NCBI GenBank assembly: GCA_049521795.1
Contig: JBEKOM010000001.1
Location: forward strand, 320,001 to 384,000
Length of the DNA stretch: 64,000 nt
Reading direction: 5' to 3'
Source: Candidatus Bathyarchaeia archaeon
GTDB lineage: Archaea > Thermoproteota > Bathyarchaeia > Bathyarchaeales > Bathycorpusculaceae
Every line of letters starts with the position of its first letter. Within the stretch, counting starts at the first letter, position 1. Shown in pieces: positions 39,119-48,618 of this stretch. A model generated the notes under the pieces. The model had not been told where the DNA came from. It did no database searches and was given only the letters and a program-made list of their open reading frames with translations. A program made the position numbers and the translations under genes.

Positions 39119-39532
39119 CTAGGTCCCCCTTCGTCTTACGATTTTGGCAACGCCTTTGTACGCGTCGACTTCAACCGTGTCGCCGGTCTTGATTTTTCTG
39201 ATGTCCACCTGATCCATCATGGGAACGTTCGCTATTATTGCGCCGACTACGACAACAGAGTCGGCGGTCTGGTTGATTATTGCCTTCGGTGCAAGTCCTT
39301 TCTTGGCCAGAGAGTAGAGCACGTAGCTGCCGACTGTTGAGCCGTGGCCATGGGGGAAGCACAGAACTGTGTCTTTTATGCAAAGGCCGCACAGGTCATG
39401 TTTTTTCTCGATTATTTTGCCGTCCGCCGGGTCAACTCCGCCTAGGAAACTGATCGGTTTTGTGCTGACCAGGGCTTCTGCCCTGCAGCGGCCTTCAACG
39501 ATGGCTCGGCCCTTCAAAACAATCGATGGCAT
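39119..39532 (-). CDS. Aconitase X small (swivel) subunit (DUF126)
   Basis: ISFLGGVDP, GSTVGSYV. Confidence 0.92.
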   Translation of the reverse strand: MPSIVLKGRAIVEGRCRAEALVSTKPISFLGGVDPADGKIIEKKHDLCGLCIKDTVLCFPHGHGSTVGSYVLYSLAKKGLAPKAIINQTADSVVVVGAIIANVPMMDQVDIRKIKTGDTVEVDAYKGVAKIVRRRGT

Positions 39533-39544
39533 TTTTGAAAGCCT

Positions 39545-40825
39545 TCAGTAAGAGATCTTTGCTGATGAGGGGATCCTGCCCAAGACCTTTGTGGCTGCGG
39601 TGCTCACTTTTTCGCGTTCCTCCGCCATTGTGTATACGCGCAGTATGTTCATGAACCCTTTTAGCGTTTCGAAGATTCTTGAGATTTCGCTTAGGCGTTG
39701 TGGTATCTTCTTTCCCTGTGGTGTCTTGATGAACACTGGGATCTCCATACTTTCCGTTAGCACCGAATGTTCGTACGGGACAGACGGAACAGTGGGTACG
39801 TCGATGATGACAGCCTCTGTTTGGACGTTTGCTTCTTCGGCGATTTCGGATTGTAACTGTTTCCTGTATGATTCGCGGCTGAAGATGTTTGAAATCATCG
39901 TGTCTTTTTCGTAGAAGGTCTTTTCGTAGGCGCACTTGAGCATTTTTCTGTTTTCGAGGTCACGGATGATCTTTTTGGATTTTGTGCAGTCTTTCAGCTT
40001 CGCGTATACGGTGTAGTCGTCCATGGCTAAGTACTGCTCTGGAGTTTTGAAACGCGTGAAACCGAGTTCTTCGTTTGCGTTCTCCATGGCCGTGGCGAGC
40101 ATTATCTGCGCGGCTCTGCCGACTCGGTGGAAGTATATGCTCTTGAAGGATTCTATGCGGGCTATTAAGAGCGATTCTAAGGCTGAGAGTGCGCCTACCT
40201 CGACTGCCAAGTTTTCGCCGAGTACGTCTAAGGTGTGGATCAGTCGGTAGACGTCGATGTACCCGTACTCTGCGCCCGTGTGGTACGTGTCTCGAACGAT
40301 GAAGTCCTGCTTGTCAACGTCAACCGTGCTGCTTATTATCTGGTCTAGGAAGGCTTTCTTGGGTTTGTGCAGTTTTCCCACTGCGAGTTTTCCAACGTCC
40401 TGCGGGTTGTAGCCTGCCCTTCTTATGATATCGTTCAGTTCGCTCTTCTGGATTATCCATGTTGTTAGGTCTTCATGGGTCTTGTCAAGCTCCTTGTTGA
40501 GCAGGTACTCGAACACGTGTGAAAACGGGCCGTGCCCAACGTCGTGAAGCAAGGCTGCAACTCTGAGCGTTTCTGCCTCGTCCTTGCTCACGTACTGTGA
40601 AATGTTTGGGTTCTCAGCCACTCTGCCTGCCAAGTACATTACGCCGACAGAATGTTCGAAACGCGTGTGGTTTGCTCCGGGATAAACGTACTCTGCGCCT
40701 GCGAGCTGGCGCAGTCTGTGCAGCCTCTGAACAGGGTAGGAGTCGATGATCGTTTTCTCTTCCTGCGTTATGTACACGTAGCCGTGCACTGGATCCTTTA
40801 TTTCGCCCCAATATTCAATGGGCAT
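39545..40825 (-). CDS. HD-domain phosphohydrolase (SAMHD1/dNTPase-like)
   Basis: DPVHGY, QRLHRLRQL, HTRFEHSVG, LLHDVGHGPFSH, DVDKQDF..RD. Confidence 0.93.
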   Translation of the reverse strand: MPIEYWGEIKDPVHGYVYITQEEKTIIDSYPVQRLHRLRQLAGAEYVYPGANHTRFEHSVGVMYLAGRVAENPNISQYVSKDEAETLRVAALLHDVGHGPFSHVFEYLLNKELDKTHEDLTTWIIQKSELNDIIRRAGYNPQDVGKLAVGKLHKPKKAFLDQIISSTVDVDKQDFIVRDTYHTGAEYGYIDVYRLIHTLDVLGENLAVEVGALSALESLLIARIESFKSIYFHRVGRAAQIMLATAMENANEELGFTRFKTPEQYLAMDDYTVYAKLKDCTKSKKIIRDLENRKMLKCAYEKTFYEKDTMISNIFSRESYRKQLQSEIAEEANVQTEAVIIDVPTVPSVPYEHSVLTESMEIPVFIKTPQGKKIPQRLSEISRIFETLKGFMNILRVYTMAEEREKVSTAATKVLGRIPSSAKISY

Positions 40826-41062
40826 CGATCTTTCCCCAAATGATCTTGATCAGTCACTAATGCAGCTTCGCTCTTATAATGCCTGATGTTAGTTTCCTAA
40901 GACGTGCGCGCACAGGGTCGGAATAACCCGAGGAGGGCGTTGAGGTAGGAGCTCATGAGAGAATCTGCACTTTTCTTCAAAGCACATGATTTTGCGATCG
41001 AAGCATGCCTTGCTGCAGTCAATTCTATAAGAGGTTACGTGTGATATTATTTGTTGAGGAAA

Positions 41063-41989
41063 ATGAGTAACCTGCATGAGGTCATTATCGTTGGTGGTGG
41101 ACCGGCGGGTTTAGCTGCTGCCATTCACTGTGGAACATTCGGCTTGCGTACACTCGTTTTAGAAGCAGAAGACAGGGCAGGTGGATTAGCAACAAAGATT
41201 CGCAGATTAGAGAATTATCCCGGGTTTCAAAGGAAGGTTTCTGGGCTGAGACTTACGGAGAAAATGGCACATCAAGCTGAGAAAAACGGCGCCGAACTTC
41301 ACATTTCAGAAGAGGTTACCAATCTTTCTTTGGGCAGAAAAGACAAGGTTGTCGAGACGCGAAGAGGCACTTATAAATGCAAGGCTTTGATCCTCGCGAC
41401 CGGAGATGGCATGAAAGGTATAGGAATGAAGTGGGAGACTTGGCTAGGTGCAGGTGTTGCCTACTGTGCAGAGTGCGGTGCGCCTTTCTTGAAGGGAAAG
41501 GACATTGTCGTCGTTGGCAACGTCAAAGATGCCATAGATGAAGCTCTGCGTTTAACGAGTGTAGCCAAGAATGTCAGGCTAGTTAATCACAGTAACATGA
41601 TTGAAGTTGATGAGCAGGCGAGGAAGCAGCTGGAAAAAAGGAAGATCGGTCTGATAGAGTGTTTTGAAGGGAAAGAGATCAAGGGTAGACCACCGTCTAA
41701 ACAGCTTGCGCTGCGCCACCTGAGCGGCTCTGGAAATAAGACGTTGAGAACGAACATGATTTTTGTCGTCGCAGGTGTCAAACCTTTCGTTTCAGTCTTG
41801 CGCAACGCGGGCATAGAGACTCATAGGCAAGGCTGCGTCGTCGTGGACGGGTTTGGAAGGACGAGTGTTGAAGGAGTCTTTGCAGCTGGAGGATGTGCTT
41901 CAACGATCGGAGACCTAGTGCCCGCATGCGTGGGTGATGGAGCCGCAGTTGCCACCTGTGCACGCTTATATTTAGCATACGGATGCTGA
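41063..41989 (+). CDS. Thioredoxin reductase-like flavoprotein
   Basis: GGGPAG, ENYPGF, LILATG, redox motif CAEC, TSVEGVFAAG. Confidence 0.85.
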   Translation: MSNLHEVIIVGGGPAGLAAAIHCGTFGLRTLVLEAEDRAGGLATKIRRLENYPGFQRKVSGLRLTEKMAHQAEKNGAELHISEEVTNLSLGRKDKVVETRRGTYKCKALILATGDGMKGIGMKWETWLGAGVAYCAECGAPFLKGKDIVVVGNVKDAIDEALRLTSVAKNVRLVNHSNMIEVDEQARKQLEKRKIGLIECFEGKEIKGRPPSKQLALRHLSGSGNKTLRTNMIFVVAGVKPFVSVLRNAGIETHRQGCVVVDGFGRTSVEGVFAAGGCASTIGDLVPACVGDGAAVATCARLYLAYGC

Positions 41990-42022
41990 GTCTCATGCTC
42001 AACCTCAACGGATGGATAACGC

Positions 42023-42622
42023 ATGGGTAACCGTGGAATCTTCATTTGTGTTGAAGGGCTGGACGGTTGTGGAAAGACTACACAGGCAAAGCTGCTCGTG
42101 AAAAGACTGAAAGGAGACTACGATGCAGTCTACACGGCTGAGCCGAGTGACGGAAGGATTGGAAAACTCATCAAGAAACATTATCTTCACGCTGATAAGC
42201 GTGGCTCTGCTGTGGTTGAGGCTTTGCTCTTCGCCGCCGACCGTCTTGAGCACTTGAAGAGTGAGGTTCTGCCCGCTCTGGATCAAGGAAAGCTTGTGGT
42301 TTCGGACCGCTATATCTACTCGTCGTTCGCCTATCAAGGGGCGGCGGGGTTGGATTTGAAATGGATCGAGAAGATCAATGAACACGCTGTTCGCCCTAGT
42401 CTGGCACTTTTCATCGATGTCGAGCCGGAGACCGTGATTCGAAGGTTAAAGCGAAAGAGATCGGTGATGGAGAACCTTGAAACGCAGCTGAAAGTGAGGG
42501 AGATCTACCTCAGATTCGTCGACAAAGGTGCGCTTGTCAGGGTAGATGGAAACAGGTCGAAAACAGAAGTTGCGAGAGAAATCGCCTCAACGGTCAAGAG
42601 TTTCTTGAAGAAAGCCTGCTAG
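42023..42622 (+). CDS. tmk: Thymidylate kinase
   Basis: EGLDGCGKTT, LLFAADR, SDRYIYSSFAYQ. Confidence 0.96.
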   Translation: MGNRGIFICVEGLDGCGKTTQAKLLVKRLKGDYDAVYTAEPSDGRIGKLIKKHYLHADKRGSAVVEALLFAADRLEHLKSEVLPALDQGKLVVSDRYIYSSFAYQGAAGLDLKWIEKINEHAVRPSLALFIDVEPETVIRRLKRKRSVMENLETQLKVREIYLRFVDKGALVRVDGNRSKTEVAREIASTVKSFLKKAC

Positions 42623-43128
42623 GCGACTTCTTGAGCTCTCAGCACTCTTCTGGAAAACTGTGCGTTAATCTTGTCGGCTACGAAATAGGGGAGGTCCTTG
42701 TGCGACACGTACATTAATCCCTTTTCGTGGAAGACTCGCATCTGCGCGGTTTTCTTGCTAAAACTAAACCGGAGCATGTAATAGTCAAACTTCAACGGCG
42801 TTCTAGTCTCATTTCGAAGTTTGTAGTAGCGAATGACGCAGAGAAAATCCATGGTTGAGAAAAGTTTTTTCCCTATGACTTTTAGCAGTCGGTTTCGCTC
42901 TTCTTCGTCGAGATAGTTGAAGTCGTCGCCTTCGGCTACCCCAAACTCGAACATGACCGTGCACTGAGGCACTGACGGTGTGGCCACTTCTTCCAGGCTG
43001 AAGGTTCCGTTGTTTAACTTGTAAAAGGTTTCGACCAAAGCTTTTTGCAGCGTCTTCCCTGAGATTGAGGTGACAAAACGTACTGTTTTATGAACGCTTC
43101 TGGGAAAGTTGTTGTAGAAACCAAGCAT
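42619..43128 (-). CDS. Hypothetical protein
   Basis: 169-aa ORF co-oriented with 43144-43509. Confidence 0.7.
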   Translation of the reverse strand: MLGFYNNFPRSVHKTVRFVTSISGKTLQKALVETFYKLNNGTFSLEEVATPSVPQCTVMFEFGVAEGDDFNYLDEEERNRLLKVIGKKLFSTMDFLCVIRYYKLRNETRTPLKFDYYMLRFSFSKKTAQMRVFHEKGLMYVSHKDLPYFVADKINAQFSRRVLRAQEVA

Positions 43129-43143
43129 TTTCCTTGGTTCCGG

Positions 43144-43509
43144 CTAGGTTTTCCTGATCTTTCTTGTTCTTTCAAGGTTCTCAAGCAGTCCAGAAAGAGC
43201 TGTGCCCAGTTTCTGGAGTTCCTCAGGGTTCTGCTCACACTGCATCTTTTTCTGTATTTCCTGCACCTTGACCATGAGCGTGGCCTCAAGACTGTCGAGG
43301 GCTGCGGACCTTTCCATTCTGAGAGGCTCTTCCCCCTCCTTCACGACTATGACTTTCTTTTCGCATCTTCCACACCAGAGTTCTCCGCTTTTCAGCCTGA
43401 ACAACGGTGAAGCGCACACGGGACAGGCTAACTCTGTCAGGGTTGACCCTCGCCTCAGCAAGTCTGCCATTCTTTTGATGTGCGGCTCTTCAGGTTGCTT
43501 TCGGGACAA
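43144..43509 (-). CDS. UPF0148 zinc-ribbon protein (SSSCA1-like)
   Basis: MADLLRRGSTL...CPVCASPLF...C..C. Confidence 0.85.
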   Translation of the reverse strand: MSRKQPEEPHIKRMADLLRRGSTLTELACPVCASPLFRLKSGELWCGRCEKKVIVVKEGEEPLRMERSAALDSLEATLMVKVQEIQKKMQCEQNPEELQKLGTALSGLLENLERTRKIRKT

Positions 43510-43584
43510 GCTTTAAAACCTCAAACTAAATAGGTATCAAGGCCTATATAATTAGGCCATAACGATCTTTGTGAGGTGGCGTGA

Positions 43585-43863
43585 ATGGTTGGGAAGAAGA
43601 AGATGGAGGAGTACGAGGAGCGCATCAAACAGGCGATGGTCGTGCTCACCGCTGTTTCTGAAGACAACACGACGCCTAGGAACATCAGAAGGGCGGCCAA
43701 GGACTCGATGAACGCTCTGCAATCGCCAGAGTTCACGCCTGCTGTAAGGGCTTCAAACGCTGTATCGCTTATGGACGAGATCTTGCAAGACCCGAACATG
43801 CCGCCCTACACGAGAGTGAAGCTTTGGAACGTTATGAGCTTGCTGGAAGCAATAAAAGACTAG
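43585..43863 (+). CDS. UPF0147 protein
   Basis: DNTTPRNIRRAA, DPNMP.YTR..LW. Confidence 0.92.
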   Translation: MVGKKKMEEYEERIKQAMVVLTAVSEDNTTPRNIRRAAKDSMNALQSPEFTPAVRASNAVSLMDEILQDPNMPPYTRVKLWNVMSLLEAIKD

Positions 43864-43902
43864 TGCAAATGGCTGAACGATAATTGTTTTTGGCTTAGTT
43901 CG

Positions 43903-44253
43903 GTGATCGAAATGAAAGTGTTTCCGTACAAGGACGTTGAAGCAAAAGCCGCGGATGAAGGGTCTTCAAAACTGAAAGTGAGATGGCTCATCACAAGAGA
44001 GATTGGCGCCCCAAATTTTGCCATGAGACTTTTCGAGATGGAACCTGATGGCTACAGTCCCCTGCACACGCATGGTTGGGAACACGAGGTTTTCATCCTA
44101 GAGGGCGAAGGCGTCGTGAAGGGCGACGGCGGAGAGAAGAAGTTCAAGGCCGGCGACGTTGTTTTCGTTCCATCAAACGAGAAGCATCAGTTCAGGAACA
44201 CGGGTAAGAAACTCGTGAAGTTCATCTGTGTCGTACCCTGCCATGAAGAGTGA
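43903..44253 (+). CDS. Cupin-domain protein
   Basis: GAPNFAMR, PLHTHGWEHEVFILEG, HQFRN. Confidence 0.9.
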   Translation: MIEMKVFPYKDVEAKAADEGSSKLKVRWLITREIGAPNFAMRLFEMEPDGYSPLHTHGWEHEVFILEGEGVVKGDGGEKKFKAGDVVFVPSNEKHQFRNTGKKLVKFICVVPCHEE

Positions 44254-44346
44254 CGCAGCAGTCTCGGTTTGTTTTCGTTTTCATCTGCTCGCTAGAAATA
44301 TATCCTAGTTGCTGCATCTAGTTCTGGGTTTCAGGGGATAAGCCCG

Positions 44347-45729
44347 TTGAAGTATGATGTGATAATTGTCGGCGCGGGGCCAGCTGGGATATTCTCCGCC
44401 CTAGAACTGTCTGAAAAGACCAAGTTGAGCATTCTGATGCTTGACAGAGGGCACGACATAAATCAGCGCAAGTGTCCTGCAAGCCGGGGGTTCGAGTGCG
44501 TCAACTGTGATCCCTGCATGGTCTTGTCTGGGTGGGGTGGAGCTGGAGCCTTCAGTGACGGGAAACTCACGCTGTCCACGGAGGTCGGCGGGTGGTTGGA
44601 CCAGTATGTTTCTGTTAAGGAACTCCATGGGCTTTTGGACTATGCCGACAGTATTTACCTGAAGTATGGGGCTCCTGAGCACGTTTACGGCACTGATGCC
44701 GAGAAGATAGAAGAGATCGAACGCAAGGCATCGCTTGCGGGTTTGAAGCTTGTTCGTCAGAAGATTCGTCACATGGGCACTGAGAGATGTGCCCAAACAC
44801 TTCGAAAGATGCGGCAAGAACTGAACGGCAAGGTTGAGTTCAAACCGAGAACTGACGTGAAGGCCCTTATAGTGAAGAATAACATTGTGGAAGGCGTTGA
44901 GACTGCTAACGGCGAGAAGTATCTTGCAAAGTATGTTATCGCTGGTCCAGGAAGAAGCGGGGCTGAATGGCTTAAGACGGAGGCTCAGATTCTTGGTTTG
45001 AAGACGCTTAACAACCCTGTTGATGTCGGAATAAGGGTTGAAGTGCTAGCGTCCGTGATGGAAGACCTGACGAGCGTTCTTTATGAGCCGAAGCTCATAT
45101 ACTATTCGAAGTCTTTCGACGACCAGGTTCGAACGTTCTGCGTTGCTCCTCACGGTGAGGTCATAACCGAATCATACGACGGAGTTCTAACCGTTAACGG
45201 TCAAAGCTACGCTGAGAGAAAGACGGAGAACACGAACTTCGCCATTCTGGTGAGCACGTCGTTCACTGAGCCTTTCAAGGAGCCTATAGCGTACGGAAAA
45301 TACGTTGCTAGGCTGTGTAACCTGCTCAGCGGAAGCGTGATCATACAACGCCTCGGCGATTTGGAGTCGGGAAGAAGGTCCACTCCTGAAAGGATCGCTC
45401 GAAGTGTCGTGACTCCGACGCTGAAGAACGCGACGCCGGGTGACCTGAGCTTCGTGTTGCCCTACCGCTATCTTGCAGACATAAGAGAGATGCTTCAAGC
45501 ATTGGACAAGCTCACTCCGGGACTGCACTCGCGGGACACGCTGTTGTACGGTATTGAGGTCAAGTTCTACTCGTCAAGGCTGCAGCTGAGCCATTGTTTG
45601 GAAACGAAGATTCACAACCTCTTCACGGTAGGAGACGGAGCCGGCGTAACTAGGGGCCTGATTCAGGCTTCAGCGTCCGGAGTAATCGCGTCAACAGAGA
45701 TAGTCAAGAGGGAGCAGCAGAAGGCATAG
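44347..45729 (+). CDS. FAD-dependent oxidoreductase (COG2509-like)
   Basis: GAGPAG, GWGGAGAFSDGKL, VDVGIRVE, VNGQS, GDGAGVTRGL. Confidence 0.88.
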   Translation: MKYDVIIVGAGPAGIFSALELSEKTKLSILMLDRGHDINQRKCPASRGFECVNCDPCMVLSGWGGAGAFSDGKLTLSTEVGGWLDQYVSVKELHGLLDYADSIYLKYGAPEHVYGTDAEKIEEIERKASLAGLKLVRQKIRHMGTERCAQTLRKMRQELNGKVEFKPRTDVKALIVKNNIVEGVETANGEKYLAKYVIAGPGRSGAEWLKTEAQILGLKTLNNPVDVGIRVEVLASVMEDLTSVLYEPKLIYYSKSFDDQVRTFCVAPHGEVITESYDGVLTVNGQSYAERKTENTNFAILVSTSFTEPFKEPIAYGKYVARLCNLLSGSVIIQRLGDLESGRRSTPERIARSVVTPTLKNATPGDLSFVLPYRYLADIREMLQALDKLTPGLHSRDTLLYGIEVKFYSSRLQLSHCLETKIHNLFTVGDGAGVTRGLIQASASGVIASTEIVKREQQKA

Positions 45730-45732
45730 AGC

Positions 45733-46485
45733 ATGGGTGTCGTAGAGGAGATAAAGTGTTCACACTGCGGCGCGCCCATAGCCTTCGAGCCAGGCGAAAT
45801 GCTGGCAACGTGCAAGTACTGCGGTTTCACCGTTGTCATAGAGACTGGGCAGCCTTTCACTTTTGAACACTCACTTTTGCTCAACAAGTACGACCCGACG
45901 CAGATCGAGGAACCGGCCAGAAGCTGGATGCGGGAGGGTTTTCTAAAACCCTCAGACCTCGCGAGGAAATCAAAGATAGTCGAGAAAGAACTGATTTACT
46001 TACCGTTCTGGGTTGTTTCAGTCGAGGCCAGAAGCAGTTACAAAGGGATTTTCGAGCGGATAACTCCTGCTGTCGAGAAGGAAGGAACAATCGAGAAAGA
46101 GTACGATTGGCTCGTTTTGGCGAGGAAGGCCACGGAGTTCCCTACTCGGGATTACGAGGTGCCGTTGGAGGGGAAAATTCCTTATGACTTCCGGAGGATT
46201 GAAGCCTTCGCCAAAGTTCTTAACAGCGAAATGGACAAGAATGGTGCTGAAGCGCAGGCAAAGCAGGAGATTGAAGGCAACCATCGATTTCTGGCTCAAC
46301 AAGACGTGGACAAGATAGTTGACATGAAGACCGATGTGAAGATAGAAGGAGCAGTCTACCTCCACGCGCCTCTATGGTTCATAAAATACGAGTACAAGGG
46401 CAAGGATTACCAGCTGATCGTTGACGGCGCAACGGGGACCGCTATAAAGGGCGACATTCCACCCGCGGGCTTCGGAATACTCTGA
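45733..46485 (+). CDS. Zinc-ribbon protein (YdjG-like)
   Basis: CSHCGA..CKYCG, LIYLPFW, IVDGATG. Confidence 0.7.
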   Translation: MGVVEEIKCSHCGAPIAFEPGEMLATCKYCGFTVVIETGQPFTFEHSLLLNKYDPTQIEEPARSWMREGFLKPSDLARKSKIVEKELIYLPFWVVSVEARSSYKGIFERITPAVEKEGTIEKEYDWLVLARKATEFPTRDYEVPLEGKIPYDFRRIEAFAKVLNSEMDKNGAEAQAKQEIEGNHRFLAQQDVDKIVDMKTDVKIEGAVYLHAPLWFIKYEYKGKDYQLIVDGATGTAIKGDIPPAGFGIL

Positions 46486-46538
46486 TCAAACTTTAAAAGC
46501 AACGATATAACTAGTAGTCGAATAAAAACTGCGAGGAA

Positions 46539-46886
46539 ATGAAGATGAAAACTGAACGCAAGCGTTTCAGCTACGGCGTCGGAGCTCTTGCCGTCATAGT
46601 CATTTCAATCGGCATCGCCGCGATAGTCTACAGTCTCGGCATCCTTACCTTCAACGCGTACAATCTTCTTGCATGGATCATCGGCCCCTGGGGAGTGTAC
46701 ACAGTCGTTTACTCGTTTGCGGCCAGTGGCGAATCAACCTATTATCTAGTCTGGGGAACAGTGATGGTTGCCCTCAGCATCGCGTCAGGATTCTACAACT
46801 TTGTGCAACCACTGCTTGTCCTGGGAATACTGCTCATAGCTCTCGCGGTGATAGGAGTAACAGCATATTTGAAGGGTAGAAAATGA
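46539..46886 (+). CDS. Four-TM membrane protein
   Basis: Four hydrophobic segments; ATGA overlap with the next gene. Confidence 0.75.
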   Translation: MKMKTERKRFSYGVGALAVIVISIGIAAIVYSLGILTFNAYNLLAWIIGPWGVYTVVYSFAASGESTYYLVWGTVMVALSIASGFYNFVQPLLVLGILLIALAVIGVTAYLKGRK

Positions 46887-47419
46887 GTGGAAAAGACTAT
46901 TTAGAAAAAGTACAGGGAGAAAAAACTCTTCTTGAGAGAATGATGAGCTACATCCCTGGATACCGAGGTTACAAGGAAAAGGAGCTGAGACGTGAAAGCG
47001 ACCGCCTTGTAAGGGCGGAAGCCGTCAGCAAACTCAAGGCCGCCAAGAACCCGATCAGAATGGCTCTTGCAAACCCAACGGTGGTTCAGAAACTTTCCCA
47101 GAGCGATGCGTACAGGATTGACGCTTTCAACTATCGTCTCGACAGAGTCACCCAGCGAATAGACAGGGCAATCGCAGGGTACGCAGGCATGTTCGACGCA
47201 GTGAAGGTCAAAGAGGACAAGCTTGATGCAACGCTCCAGTACGACGTCGGCTTGATAGAGAAGGCCGAAGAGATAAGAGCCGGCAGTGAACAAGTGGCCA
47301 AGATGCAGCCGGGAAACGATGACTGGGGAACGGCGATGGACGCGCTGACGTCCAAGGTTGAAGAATTTGACGGTTTGATCGACAAAAGGTCGGAGATGCT
47401 CAGAGCATTAGCAGGATAA
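46883..47419 (+). CDS. Conserved alpha-helical hypothetical protein
   Basis: IPGYRGYKEKELRRESDRLVR, AGYAGMFDAVKV. Confidence 0.75.
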   Translation: MSGKDYLEKVQGEKTLLERMMSYIPGYRGYKEKELRRESDRLVRAEAVSKLKAAKNPIRMALANPTVVQKLSQSDAYRIDAFNYRLDRVTQRIDRAIAGYAGMFDAVKVKEDKLDATLQYDVGLIEKAEEIRAGSEQVAKMQPGNDDWGTAMDALTSKVEEFDGLIDKRSEMLRALAG

Positions 47420-47448
47420 ACCTCGGAAGCTATAAGGAGATGAATTGA

Positions 47449-48498
47449 ATGCCAAAAGTTATTGAATGGGTCGGAGCGAGAGATGGAGACATAGTCTGGA
47501 AGTATCCCACCGAGGAGATCGGTTGGGGAGACAACCTCATAGTCCACGAGTACGAAGCCGCAGTGTTCTTCAGGGACGGAAAAGCCTACGACGTGTTCAC
47601 CGCAGGACGCCATGTCCTGTCTACGGCAAACCTTCCACTGCTGACGAAAATCCTCACGAAGATCACCGGGTTCGGCAGAACTCCGTTCACTTCTACAATA
47701 TTCTTTGTGTCGCTGAAACAGTTCCAGGGCAAGTTCGGAGCGCAAGGACAGACTAAGGAACTCGCACCTCTGAAGTTCTTCGGAGGCTTCTGGTTCAGAG
47801 TTGAAGAGATAAACCTGTTCGTGAACGAGGTGGTCGGCGGTCAGGGCCTGTTCACAACAGATGGACTGCAAGACTTCCTAAGAGGCTACTTCAACGAGAG
47901 GCTAATTGACAATCTGAGTCAGTACTCGCTTTCAGACGTTTATGGCAAGCTGGACGACACAAGTCTTCTTGCAAAGAACGTTCTGTTCGACGCCTTTCAC
48001 AGGATAGGCCTCGAACTGATCGACGTGAAGTTTGAAGGGATCGATACCACTCCAGAGTGGAGGGACAGGCTGTTCTATGTAAAGACAGGGGTAAGCGCAT
48101 CAGAGGTTCTCAGGATGGAGACGGTTCAAAAATCAAGCGAAAGCCTGTCAAAGAGTACAGGAGGAGCAGCCATCGGGGCTGGAGCAGTGCTCATTCCACC
48201 GCTGTTCCAACAACCAGCAGGTCAAGCAGGGCAGGTCATGGTAGTCTGCCCGAAATGCGGTTTCCAGAACCCCCAAACTTCAAAGTTCTGCAACAACTGC
48301 GGCGCACCGATGCAGTCAAGTGCACAGGCGGCGGCAACTGTCAACTGTCCCAAGTGTGGAACTGCAAACCCGACCACTGCGAGGTTCTGCGTCAACTGCG
48401 GAGCCCAAATGCAAGCAACTGTGAAATGTGCGAAATGCGGAACTGAGGCCCCTGTAGGGACAAAGTTCTGCCCTAACTGCGGAGCAAAACTGAAGTAG
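47449..48498 (+). CDS. SPFH-domain protein with three C-terminal zinc-ribbon repeats (YdjI-like)
   Basis: LIVHEYEAAVFFRDG..GRHVLST.NLP; three CxxCG...KFCxxCG-type repeats. Confidence 0.88.
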   Translation: MPKVIEWVGARDGDIVWKYPTEEIGWGDNLIVHEYEAAVFFRDGKAYDVFTAGRHVLSTANLPLLTKILTKITGFGRTPFTSTIFFVSLKQFQGKFGAQGQTKELAPLKFFGGFWFRVEEINLFVNEVVGGQGLFTTDGLQDFLRGYFNERLIDNLSQYSLSDVYGKLDDTSLLAKNVLFDAFHRIGLELIDVKFEGIDTTPEWRDRLFYVKTGVSASEVLRMETVQKSSESLSKSTGGAAIGAGAVLIPPLFQQPAGQAGQVMVVCPKCGFQNPQTSKFCNNCGAPMQSSAQAAATVNCPKCGTANPTTARFCVNCGAQMQATVKCAKCGTEAPVGTKFCPNCGAKLK

Positions 48499-48618
48499 CC
48501 AACTCCCATCTTTCACATCTATCGCTCTCATCCTCTTTCTTGCGAGTGCCAGATTTGATGCTATCATGTAACATTTTTATCTGTAACCAGTTTATGCTAT
48601 GAGAGAGCACGGTTCGGC

